From a virus (taxonomy: Duplodnaviria; Heunggongvirae; Uroviricota; Caudoviricetes), in IMG/VR virus record IMGVR_UViG_3300023184_000028, positions 118,551-182,550 of that record: a stretch of DNA of 64,000 bases. The stretch is one strand, 5' to 3'. Under the pieces are notes generated by a model. That model saw nothing but the letters and a program-made list of their open reading frames with translations, did not search any database and had not been told where the DNA came from. The position numbers were made by a program, and so were the translations under genes. Below, piece by piece: positions 46,400 through 54,980 of the stretch (position 1 is its first letter; each line of letters opens with the position of its first letter).

Positions 46400-47992
46400 A
46401 TGAGAAAAAATATAGATAAATTGGTAAAAAAAATAATTAGGGAATCCTTGGAAGGTAAAGCCGGAGAGTTGGAGAACAAAATTAGTATGGATGAATGGAC
46501 GCCTCAAGAACCTCTTACTTTGAGTGGGGTTGGTGTAACGGAAGAAGATGAAACAGACGATTATGTTATGGATAAGATTAAAAGAGAGTGTGTTGATAAT
46601 CCAAGTTCTGAATCATGTTTGAAGCACAAAAAGTATGCTGGTATGAGTGGTAGTGATGAGTTAGATGAGATTAGTGCTAAAGATTTGGTTAAAGGTAAAA
46701 AATATAAGATGAAAACACCTTCATTTGAAGATGAAATTGAGTATGATAGTGAAATGGAATACCCTGAAGGAAAACCAATGTATGGTTTTAAGGGTAAAAA
46801 GGCTCACCATGCTATGGGAGATACTCATATAGAGGATTATTTATCAGATATTGATGAAGAATTAATTGGAGGACAAAAAAAATTAGATAAAAATAAAAAT
46901 AATAAATTAGATAGTGAGGATTTCAAAATGTTAAGAGGTGATGTTGAGGAAGGGTTTGGTGATTTTTTTGATGATGACTATGAAGATATACATGGTTACT
47001 TAGGTGGTGATGAGGAAGAACGTTTCCATCCGTTAAAAAATATTAAAGGAGAAAAAGATACTGCAATGAGTAGAATGAGAAGAGGTAAAGGAGATGTTGA
47101 AGATATTGATTTTGAAGAAATGGATGAAGAAATGGAAGAAGGTAATGCTTTTACAGGTGCTTTAGCAAAAACTAAAAAAGGTGATAAATTTAATTTAGGC
47201 GGTAAATCATATACTGATAGGTCTAATTTAGAGGAGGTTGAGAAGCTTATTCAGAAGGTTTATGAGGGTGTTAAACATAAGAAAAAAAGTGTTAAAGAAT
47301 CGTTACAATTGACAGAATCTGAGATGATTGATTTAATTGAAAAAATAGTTATGGAACAAAAGAAAGCTAAAGGTATGGCGGAAACTGAAAAAGTTTTATC
47401 TGCAAATAAAAAAGAAAATGAGGATGCAATCAAAGCAGTTACTAAAAAAATGAAAGAATATCTTAAAGATGGTTCTAAAGGTGAATATAGTATGGAACCT
47501 AAAATATTCCCAAAAGGTAATGGAGAATTAGCTAAAATGGATAAAATGGCTTACAAAGCAAACAAACCTACAGATGAATATATTGAGAATTTTACTGCAG
47601 CTGGTTTGGAAAATTTAGTTTATGATGAAATTCATCCTGATGAGAAATGGGTTGATGATAATATTGAAGGTTCTTCAAGAACAGGTAATAATCCTGAATG
47701 GGCAAATGCGGTTGATAATGGGGTGAATAAAAAACGTAATAAGATTAGAAAAGATAATTTATTAGGTGCGGTTAAAGCTATTGCATATAATAAAGCACCA
47801 CAACCTGTTACAGATGATACTAAATCAGGACCGGCAGGAAAATTCCAAAAAAACTTTGGAAAAGATTCAGGAAAAAAGGCTACAAAAATATTGAATCAGT
47901 TAGAATCTAAAGAAGATAAATCTGAAAAATTAATTAGTGAGGAATTTGATAAGATAAAACATCTTATGGGTTATAACAAAAATACTCAATAA
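46400..47992 (+). CDS. Large acidic hypothetical protein (530 aa)
   Basis: ORF; E/D/K-rich. Confidence 0.65.
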   Translation: MRKNIDKLVKKIIRESLEGKAGELENKISMDEWTPQEPLTLSGVGVTEEDETDDYVMDKIKRECVDNPSSESCLKHKKYAGMSGSDELDEISAKDLVKGKKYKMKTPSFEDEIEYDSEMEYPEGKPMYGFKGKKAHHAMGDTHIEDYLSDIDEELIGGQKKLDKNKNNKLDSEDFKMLRGDVEEGFGDFFDDDYEDIHGYLGGDEEERFHPLKNIKGEKDTAMSRMRRGKGDVEDIDFEEMDEEMEEGNAFTGALAKTKKGDKFNLGGKSYTDRSNLEEVEKLIQKVYEGVKHKKKSVKESLQLTESEMIDLIEKIVMEQKKAKGMAETEKVLSANKKENEDAIKAVTKKMKEYLKDGSKGEYSMEPKIFPKGNGELAKMDKMAYKANKPTDEYIENFTAAGLENLVYDEIHPDEKWVDDNIEGSSRTGNNPEWANAVDNGVNKKRNKIRKDNLLGAVKAIAYNKAPQPVTDDTKSGPAGKFQKNFGKDSGKKATKILNQLESKEDKSEKLISEEFDKIKHLMGYNKNTQ

Positions 47993-48020
47993 TATTCAAT
48001 TTACTTAAACTTATATTATA

Positions 48021-48057
48021 TTCTCCATAGAAAGAAACGTCTATGGAGAATTTTTTT
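48021..48057 (+). terminator. Rho-independent terminator
   Basis: TTCTCCATAG-aaagaaacgt-CTATGGAGAA (10-bp perfect stem) followed by TTTTTTT. Confidence 0.75.
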
Positions 48058-48063
48058 AATTGG

Positions 48064-48507
48064 ATGACCAAACCTATGATGAATGACGAGGTTGAGGTTT
48101 GGTTTAATATGAATAATATAATACCTGAGAAAGGTGAATTATATTATGATTTCTGTTTATCTTTATTTGCATTAATTAAGGACACTTATTTAGGTGAGGA
48201 AACAAAACATAATGAAACCAAAATATCGTTAACTGAGGAAGATAAATTAAAACATTTTGAGTGGTGTTGGAATGCTACGGTAGAAAATTTTAGAAAGGAA
48301 AATATAAAATTTAATTTTAAGGGAGAACATTATAACTACTTCAGCTCCTTCTTTATGGAGATATTTTATAATCAGAAAAATATTAGTGTTCGTAATTCAA
48401 TAGATACTTTCTTAAAAGATTTATTTGATAGAGACACACCATTTACAAAATCCGACTTAGATTTATATACTGAGCTATACAAGTTATTAGATAGAAACAT
48501 TACATAA
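48064..48507 (+). CDS. Hypothetical protein (start revised from 48043 to 48064)
   Basis: The first ATG lies inside the stem of the terminator 48021-48057; the next in-frame ATG is 48064. Confidence 0.5.
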   Translation: MTKPMMNDEVEVWFNMNNIIPEKGELYYDFCLSLFALIKDTYLGEETKHNETKISLTEEDKLKHFEWCWNATVENFRKENIKFNFKGEHYNYFSSFFMEIFYNQKNISVRNSIDTFLKDLFDRDTPFTKSDLDLYTELYKLLDRNIT

Positions 48508-48583
48508 TTAACTAGTAATTTATTTACTTGTCAAATGTAAATTTTATTATTATGTTTAATAAATAAAATAAAAAATTAAAAAA

Positions 48584-48775
48584 ATGGAAGAGTTAACAAC
48601 AATTGAAGAAATTAAGGCTAAAGTTGAAGAACTTTCAACAGACACTTTGAAATTTAATAAAGGTAATAAAAGTGCTGGTACTAGAGCTAGAAAAACAGCT
48701 CAAGAATTGAAAAGTTTATTGCAAAAATTAAGAGCCGAAATTTTAGAAAATAGAAAAACAGAAACTAATGCTTAA
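48584..48775 (+). CDS. Small basic/helical protein (63 aa)
   Basis: ORF. Confidence 0.45.
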   Translation: MEELTTIEEIKAKVEELSTDTLKFNKGNKSAGTRARKTAQELKSLLQKLRAEILENRKTETNA

Positions 48776-48959
48776 TTATAATACAATTTTTTTGTTTGTA
48801 TTTGTTTTTTCTATATTAACCAATTTAAGATTGGTTATAAAATTTGTAAGTGCCCTATTACAAACACCACCTAAAAAAATGGTTTTAAGTAATAGGGAAC
48901 TTATTTTTAACGGATTAATGTTATCTTATTTGATAACTTATATTATAAATTTAATTTAA
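48768..48959 (+). CDS. Small hydrophobic protein (63 aa)
   Basis: ORF. Confidence 0.35.
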   Translation: MLNYNTIFLFVFVFSILTNLRLVIKFVSALLQTPPKKMVLSNRELIFNGLMLSYLITYIINLI

Positions 48960-49394
48960 ATGAATCTATATAAAGAATTAATAAACATATTCCCTTATCT
49001 GGTTTCAATCAGAAAGTTAGAGAATTATGTGTCAATAGATATTGAATTCCCAAAGACTTGGAAGTATCCTAAAAAATATGTGGATGAAAAAACTATTATA
49101 GAACAGAAGGCTCAAAAAGAGGACGTTAGATTTTTTTCATTCGCAACGGCATTTGATGAGACTTCATTGAATGTTCTTTTCACAAATATAAATGGTATTG
49201 TTAAATACAATAAGGAAAGAGAAGAAAAAGAGTTTTTACTTGATGAGAAAATGAAACAGTTACGAAGTTTTTTTGAACAAAATAAATTAGACGATTTAAA
49301 ATCGTTAGAATTTAATATTAAATCAGGGTTTAATCTAAAATTAGAAGATGATGGACAATCAGAAGATATTGGATTGGTATCAGAAGGAGCTTGA
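48960..49394 (+). CDS. Hypothetical protein (144 aa)
   Basis: ORF. Confidence 0.55.
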   Translation: MNLYKELINIFPYLVSIRKLENYVSIDIEFPKTWKYPKKYVDEKTIIEQKAQKEDVRFFSFATAFDETSLNVLFTNINGIVKYNKEREEKEFLLDEKMKQLRSFFEQNKLDDLKSLEFNIKSGFNLKLEDDGQSEDIGLVSEGA

Positions 49395-49539
49395 AAAGGA
49401 TAGTCTCCAAATACAAAATGAAAAAAATAAATTTGCCAACTCAATTAAAAAATTAAAAAAACAGGATATTTTTGTACCTGAAAAAGTTGAAAAACTAACC
49501 ATATGGAAGAGAATCAAGAAGGTTTTAATGGGTATTTAG
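49348..49539 (+). CDS. Small hypothetical protein (63 aa; start uncertain)
   Basis: ORF overlapping the previous gene by 47 nt. Confidence 0.3.
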   Translation: MMDNQKILDWYQKELEKDSLQIQNEKNKFANSIKKLKKQDIFVPEKVEKLTIWKRIKKVLMGI

Positions 49540-49724
49540 AAAGATTGGCATTAATTTGTGAAGGAATTGATATATTACATGCCGGTAAAAAGGCGGTTGT
49601 TTTTCAGTTAAATAGGGAAGAGTTTCTCCAAGTTAGGGATTCCTTAAAAAGTGTTGGAGACGATAAAACTGAGTTTAAGATTGATATATCAGGTATTGAA
49701 TTTATTTATCTTTTAAGTGAGTAG
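49503..49724 (+). CDS. Small hypothetical protein (73 aa)
   Basis: ORF. Confidence 0.4.
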   Translation: MEENQEGFNGYLERLALICEGIDILHAGKKAVVFQLNREEFLQVRDSLKSVGDDKTEFKIDISGIEFIYLLSE

Positions 49725-50349
49725 TTGATGTTCTGTATAACATACTTTTATTATATCCCAAATTAGTTAATATCTCATAGAGATATTTTTTTTGCTCTCT
49801 ACTACTGTCTTTTACAATCAAACAATTACTTTTATTATTTAACATCATATATTTTTCCAAATTAATTAAAAATCTATCGGCATCGTATATTGATTTTAAT
49901 GAAAATAAATTATAGATATCTTCATCTTGAATTATAATTTTATTATTTAGTTTGGAAACAAGTTTTAATGAGTTGCCCCTCAAGTAGGTATTAATTAATT
50001 TTTCTGAAGATATTTTTTGTTTTTTGGATATATGGAATACTTTTTCAGGTATATTGTATTTTTCTATTTTAATTATTGCATAGTTTGGGTCATTTAATTG
50101 TACCGGTATATTCCTGCCCATTTCATCTGTTCTATAAATTGGAAATAATTTTTCGGAGGTTTTTTCAATTAGTGCTATTTCATAATTAACATCTCTGCCG
50201 TTTTCTGTCTGAACATCAAAAACTACTTCATTACTTTCTTTTACTTTTGAGTTAAAGAAGGGCAATGCATTTTTATAAGTTTTATAATTCTTTATTATTT
50301 TGTATCTTTCTTTATTCTTAAATAAAATTATTGTATAATTGTTATTCAT
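49702..50349 (-). CDS. Hypothetical protein (215 aa), divergent from and abutting dnaJ
   Basis: Long minus-strand ORF, rare by chance at this AT content. Its start-codon complement (50347-50349) directly abuts the dnaJ ATG (50350). Confidence 0.6.
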   Translation of the reverse strand: MNNNYTIILFKNKERYKIIKNYKTYKNALPFFNSKVKESNEVVFDVQTENGRDVNYEIALIEKTSEKLFPIYRTDEMGRNIPVQLNDPNYAIIKIEKYNIPEKVFHISKKQKISSEKLINTYLRGNSLKLVSKLNNKIIIQDEDIYNLFSLKSIYDADRFLINLEKYMMLNNKSNCLIVKDSSREQKKYLYEILTNLGYNKSMLYRTSTTHLKDK

Positions 50350-51309
50350 ATGAAGAATTATTACGAAATTTTAGGGGTAAGTAAAGACGCAAGTCAAGAA
50401 GATATTAAAAAGGCCTATAGAAAGTTGGCCTTACAACACCATCCTGATAAAGGGGGTGATGAATCTTTGTTTAAAGAAATTAGTGTTGCATACGAGAATG
50501 TGGGTGATGAGAATAAAAGGAGGGAGTATAACCATAAGTTAGATAATCCCATGGCTGGTATGTTTGGCGGAGGTAGAAATCCTTTTGGTGATGGAAATAT
50601 TGATGATATATTAAATCAAATGTTTAGTGGAGGATTTGGTGGAAGACAACAGCAACAACAAAGACGAACTCCCGAGAAACTGGTTGATGTTGAACTTAGT
50701 GTGGTTGATTCGTTCAAGGGTGTTGATAAGGAAATTACTTATTCTAGAAAGACAGATTGTAATGGATGTGGTGGAAGTGGTGGACAAAGGTCGGGTTGCG
50801 TGACTTGTGGAGGACAAGGATTTGTGATGCAGAGAGCAGGAACCGGAATGTTTACACAAGTAATTAGAACAGTGTGTAACCAATGTAATGGTAATGGTTA
50901 TGTATTGATTAACAAATGTAACACATGTTTTGGCTCAGGAGGTAAGGATATAGTTGAGAAAATACGAGTTACGATACCAAGAGGAGTTGAAAGTGGACAA
51001 ATGCTAAGACTCTCTCAAAAGGGTGATTTTATTCAAGGGATGATGGGTGATTTAATATTAAGAATTAATTTGGTTAATAAAGATGGGTTTGAGAAGAATG
51101 GTAATGATTTAATATATAATGCGTTCTTCACTTTGGATGACCTAAAGAATAATGATTTTGAGATACCACATCCTGATGGTAATGTTTCGGTTAAATTTCC
51201 TAAAGACTTTAATACTCAAATACCTTTAAGATTGAGAGCAGAAGGTTTTACGACACATATGACTGGTGATTTGTACGTTAAGATGAATGTTAAATATACA
51301 AGAAGTTAG
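50350..51309 (+). CDS. dnaJ: DnaJ-like co-chaperone (J domain + four CxxCxGxG zinc-finger repeats + C-terminal domain)
   Basis: DYYEILGVSKDASQEDIKKAYRKLALQHHPDK (HPD motif). CNGCGGSG, CVTCGGQG, CNQCNGNG, CNTCFGSG. Confidence 0.9.
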   Translation: MKNYYEILGVSKDASQEDIKKAYRKLALQHHPDKGGDESLFKEISVAYENVGDENKRREYNHKLDNPMAGMFGGGRNPFGDGNIDDILNQMFSGGFGGRQQQQQRRTPEKLVDVELSVVDSFKGVDKEITYSRKTDCNGCGGSGGQRSGCVTCGGQGFVMQRAGTGMFTQVIRTVCNQCNGNGYVLINKCNTCFGSGGKDIVEKIRVTIPRGVESGQMLRLSQKGDFIQGMMGDLILRINLVNKDGFEKNGNDLIYNAFFTLDDLKNNDFEIPHPDGNVSVKFPKDFNTQIPLRLRAEGFTTHMTGDLYVKMNVKYTRS

Positions 51310-51518
51310 AACAAACTTATAATGTATTTGACAATTTGTACTTGACCTATGATTGCAAGTAATAATACGTATAGGGATAAATAAATCCACCAAGAGAATT
51401 TTTTCTTTGCTCGTTTGCAAAAATTACAACCTTTTTTTTGTTCCATAATCTTAAATATAATCATCAATAATATTTTATAAATAATTTGCCTTTCTGATTT
51501 TTTTTATTATAATTAGGT

Positions 51519-52358
51519 ATGTTAAGTTATATTGGAGGTAAATCAAAAATTGGTAAATGGATTGTGGATTTGTATCCACAAGATATGGAAGTGTATTTAG
51601 AGACATTTGGAGGTATGTTCTGGTGTTTTTATAATATGGACTTATCCAAGTACCCAAATCTAAAGAAAGTCGTTTATAATGACTTTAACCCACTAAATTA
51701 TAATCTCTTTAAGTGTGTTCAGAATCCATCTGAATTACAAAGAGCGTTAGATGGTATAGAAGTTCAACAATTGGGGGTGTCCCAAGCTTCTGATTTATTA
51801 AAGGAGCAGTTTACCACATTCCAAACAGAAGTATTTGGTTCAGGATTTACTACAAACGTACCCGATTATTATACTGCAGCAAAGTATGTTTATGTATTAA
51901 CACAGGTGTTTAGTGGTAGTAAGCCCGAGACATCATCATTTATTGATTTGAAGGGCAAGTATCGTTCCAAGTATCTATCGTTTAGAGATAAGTTAAGTAA
52001 ACCTGATTGGATAGAACACTTCCTTAAAATAACTGATGTTGAGAATATGGATTTTGGGGATGTTATTGCCAAATATGATTCTGAAAAAACGTATATCTAT
52101 TTAGACCCCCCATATTGGAAGACCGAGAATTACTATTCCAACCATGATTTTGATAGGGAAGACCACCAAAGGTTAGCTAATGAGTTAAAACATGTTAAGG
52201 GTAAATTTAGTTTATCGTATTATGATTTTCCTTTATTACATGATTGGTTCCCTGATAATATCTATAGGTGGGAACGTAAATCTTTTGCTAAAGCGGCTGC
52301 GGCTAAAAAAGGTGTAAAACAAAATTTGGCGGAAGAGTTGTTAATTATGAATTATTAA
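51519..52358 (+). CDS. dam: Dam-family N6-adenine DNA methyltransferase
   Basis: SYIGGKSKIGKWI (cf Dam KWAGGKYPLL), ETFGGMF (AdoMet-binding FxGxG-like), YLDPPYW (DPPY catalytic motif). Confidence 0.88.
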   Translation: MLSYIGGKSKIGKWIVDLYPQDMEVYLETFGGMFWCFYNMDLSKYPNLKKVVYNDFNPLNYNLFKCVQNPSELQRALDGIEVQQLGVSQASDLLKEQFTTFQTEVFGSGFTTNVPDYYTAAKYVYVLTQVFSGSKPETSSFIDLKGKYRSKYLSFRDKLSKPDWIEHFLKITDVENMDFGDVIAKYDSEKTYIYLDPPYWKTENYYSNHDFDREDHQRLANELKHVKGKFSLSYYDFPLLHDWFPDNIYRWERKSFAKAAAAKKGVKQNLAEELLIMNY

Positions 52359-52405
52359 TGTATTTTTGCTTCGTTAAGATATTTATAAGAGTAAAAAATA
52401 TATAA

Positions 52406-53797
52406 ATGAAAGTATTAAACATAATTAAAAAAGTTATTTTAGAACAATCAAGATTTGAGGTCTTGATGGATAAGTATACAACGATTAAGAAAAATAAAGA
52501 AGGTAAGAAGGTTAACCCTTTATTAGATATCACCAAATTTGCTCAAATTATATTTGCTGACCCAACGACAAAAAAACCTGCAGATTTTGATACAACAAAT
52601 TTAAGTCCTGAGAATTTATCTAAAGTTCAGCCAGGGGCATATACTAATTGGTTGTTAAAGTGTTATGAGAATCCCCAATTAGACCCTGATACTGCTGAAA
52701 TGACAGAACCGGGTACCGCATCTTATAAGAAAGCAATTGCTGATGCTAGAGGGTTGTTTATGGAAGATTTGTTCAAGGCGACAGATGATTTAAAAAAGTT
52801 TACAAAATACAAACAATATTTCCCTCTTGATAAAAGGGATATCAATAAGTTCAGTAGTCCTGATGAGTTATTTAGATTCTTAAATGCGTTCCAACTTCCT
52901 GAAAAGAAAAAGAAGGAGTTGGAAAAAAAGGATTTAAAGAAAGAGATTAGGAAGGAAAGAAAAGGATATAGTCATCCTGGTGCTACTGTAGAGATAGAAA
53001 CGCCTACTTGGACTGTGGTTAAGATTTCTGACTTGGGTCCTAAAGGTCAAGAGGCTGCAAGTTGGTATGGTGGTTATTATGATTATAATAACGGAGAATC
53101 AAGATGGTGTACTTCACCTCCGGATTCTTCATACTATAAGGGATATGCTAAAGATGGTCCACTATACGTGATACTTGCAAATGATGATAAAGGATTAGTT
53201 GGTGGTAGAACAGGATTACCTCAAGAGAGATTCCAATTCCATTTCCCTTCTAATCAGTTTATGGATAGATTAGACCATAGAATAGAATTGATTGAGTTTT
53301 TAAATGGTCAAGGTTCTGAATTAAAAGAATACTTCAAACCGGAGTTTGCTAAAGGATTAACAACTTCAGGTGGTAAAAAAGTAGAGATAGAGTATCCTAA
53401 TAGTTCTGCTGCTAAGTTCATTGCTTTATATGGTTTTGATGAGTTCTTCGGTAGTTTACCTGATGATATTACAAACCTATTGTTTAATAACAAATCAAAC
53501 GAGAATATTGCATTGGATGTACCGCCAACATTGGGTAGATTTACAAACTTGGAAGCGTTGTTGTTGATGAACTGTGTAAAATCATTACCAGATGAGATTG
53601 GCAATCTTAAAAGATTATCGTTCTTAGCGTTACCAAACAATCCATCATTAAAACACATACCTGATTCAGTATTAGGATTACCTAATTTGTCATTTATGAA
53701 TCTTAATGGTACAAAACCAAAATTAACACCTAAATTTATTGAGGTGTTTGGTGAGGAAGGTCAGGGAGGAACCGGATTTTTTAGTAAGAAAAAATAA
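52406..53797 (+). CDS. Hypothetical protein with C-terminal leucine-rich repeats (463 aa)
   Basis: FTNLEALLLMNCVKSLPDEIGNLKRLSFLALPNNPSLKHIPDSVLGLPNLSFMNLNG. Confidence 0.65.
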   Translation: MKVLNIIKKVILEQSRFEVLMDKYTTIKKNKEGKKVNPLLDITKFAQIIFADPTTKKPADFDTTNLSPENLSKVQPGAYTNWLLKCYENPQLDPDTAEMTEPGTASYKKAIADARGLFMEDLFKATDDLKKFTKYKQYFPLDKRDINKFSSPDELFRFLNAFQLPEKKKKELEKKDLKKEIRKERKGYSHPGATVEIETPTWTVVKISDLGPKGQEAASWYGGYYDYNNGESRWCTSPPDSSYYKGYAKDGPLYVILANDDKGLVGGRTGLPQERFQFHFPSNQFMDRLDHRIELIEFLNGQGSELKEYFKPEFAKGLTTSGGKKVEIEYPNSSAAKFIALYGFDEFFGSLPDDITNLLFNNKSNENIALDVPPTLGRFTNLEALLLMNCVKSLPDEIGNLKRLSFLALPNNPSLKHIPDSVLGLPNLSFMNLNGTKPKLTPKFIEVFGEEGQGGTGFFSKKK

Positions 53798-53803
53798 TAA
53801 AAT

Positions 53804-54094
53804 ATGAAAAGTATGAGCAACGTAGATATTGATATCTATATTAGTCAGATAATTAGTTTTTTTGAGAAAAACCCCAATGAGTTATTTATCTTGATTGGGG
53901 ATTTGGATAAGGACTATTTCTTTAAGATGATTAAAGAGGTTGCTCAGGAAAACCACGATAAGGGTGAGGATGTAAACTTAACCAGAAGTCAGATGATAGA
54001 TATTGTGGTTAAAATGAATAAAGAGATTAAGGAACAGAGGGTGGTTAATGTTCCCTTCATGGAAACCCCCTATGGAGATATTTGTTTAAATTAA
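53804..54094 (+). CDS. Hypothetical protein (96 aa)
   Basis: ORF. Confidence 0.5.
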   Translation: MKSMSNVDIDIYISQIISFFEKNPNELFILIGDLDKDYFFKMIKEVAQENHDKGEDVNLTRSQMIDIVVKMNKEIKEQRVVNVPFMETPYGDICLN

Positions 54095-54105
54095 TTAAAA
54101 ATATT

Positions 54106-54136
54106 TTTGGTAGTTCGGAATTATTGTTTATCTTTG
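54106..54136 (+). promoter_or_regulatory. Bacteroidetes-type promoter (-33 TTTG / -7 TATCTTTG) for the DUF932-like gene
   Basis: TTTTTGGTAG...19 nt...TATCTTTG; ATG 27 nt downstream. Confidence 0.55.
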
Positions 54137-54162
54137 TGTTCTAATCACAAAAACAATAACAT

Positions 54163-54921
54163 ATGTCAACAATCATTTCACTTGAGAACTTGAAACAAAC
54201 AGTTCCATCAGTATTCGCAACCGAAGCTTCTAACAGCAGAACCAGTAAGTATGTATTTGTCCCTACCACGGAAATCTTGGAGAACTTCCAAAAGGAAGGT
54301 TGGGAAGTGTCTTCGGCAAGACAAATGGGAAAAAGTATGTATTCAACCCATGAAGTTCGTTTACGTAATGGTCAGATGCCAAAAGTCGGAGATTGTTTCT
54401 TGGAGGCAATTATCCGTAATTCCCACAACGGATTAAGTTCGTTAAGGATTACCGCTGGTCTCCACCGCTTAATTTGTAGCAATGGTCTTACGGTTCCTGA
54501 ATCAGTTAGTCAGTCGTTCGCAGTTCGTCATTCTTATCTTGACTATGATATGGTTAAGAGTTTTACAGACGAATTTGCCAACAATCTGACTACAATTGAG
54601 AATTCTATTGGTAAGATGAGTTCAAGGGTTCTTACTGAAGGGGAACAAGTTGGTTATGTTAAATCTGCGGCACACGTTAGATGGAAAGAAGGTAAAATGC
54701 CCGAGTCAATTAAAATTGAGGACATCCTTAATCCACTTCGTGATGGTGACAGAGGGAATGACATGTGGACTACTTTTAACGTGGTTCAAGAGAAGTTCAC
54801 AAGGGGTGGTATCGGTTATAAGGCCGGAAAAAGACACACCTCTATGAGAGAACTGAAGAACATTGTCAGTACTAATAAAATTAATACTGAACTTTGGGAG
54901 TTGGCTGAGAGTTATTGTTAA
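54163..54921 (+). CDS. DUF932-like (phage/plasmid-like protein family) protein
   Basis: Core HEVRLRNG...[27 protein letters not shown] resembles the DUF932 signature from memory. Own promoter (54106-54136) and terminator (54931-54957). Confidence 0.5.
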   Translation: MSTIISLENLKQTVPSVFATEASNSRTSKYVFVPTTEILENFQKEGWEVSSARQMGKSMYSTHEVRLRNGQMPKVGDCFLEAIIRNSHNGLSSLRITAGLHRLICSNGLTVPESVSQSFAVRHSYLDYDMVKSFTDEFANNLTTIENSIGKMSSRVLTEGEQVGYVKSAAHVRWKEGKMPESIKIEDILNPLRDGDRGNDMWTTFNVVQEKFTRGGIGYKAGKRHTSMRELKNIVSTNKINTELWELAESYC

Positions 54922-54930
54922 TCTTAAATT

Positions 54931-54957
54931 TGGGGGGACTTTTCCCCCCATTTTTTC
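54931..54957 (+). terminator. Rho-independent terminator after the DUF932-like gene
   Basis: TGGGGGGA-cttt-TCCCCCCA followed by TTTTTT; the only G/C homopolymer stem in the window. Confidence 0.8.
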
Positions 54958-54968
54958 TAAAATTTTAT

Positions 54969-54976
54969 TATCTTTG
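54969..54976 (+). promoter_or_regulatory. -7 TATCTTTG box (no clear -33) 5 nt upstream of ATG 54981
   Basis: ttatTATCTTTGtcatATG immediately after the terminator hairpin. Confidence 0.35.
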
Positions 54977-54980
54977 TCAT

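Noticed and set aside
48043-48063. ATG at 48043 as the start of the gene
   Set aside because: It lies inside the 3' arm of a perfect 10-bp terminator stem; the in-frame ATG at 48064 is used instead.
51338-51370. E. coli-type TTGACA -35 hexamers in the dnaJ-dam intergenic region
   Set aside because: No properly spaced TATAAT follows, and the host is inferred to be a Bacteroidetes with a different promoter consensus.
54251-54847. Alternative-frame ORFs 54251-54436 and 54650-54847 inside the DUF932-like gene
   Set aside because: Short, no start context; the host frame has clear family-like motifs.
54915-54980. N-terminal extension [22 protein letters not shown] of the 54981 gene
   Set aside because: It is the translation of the G6/C6 terminator hairpin and T-tract plus the -7 promoter box.
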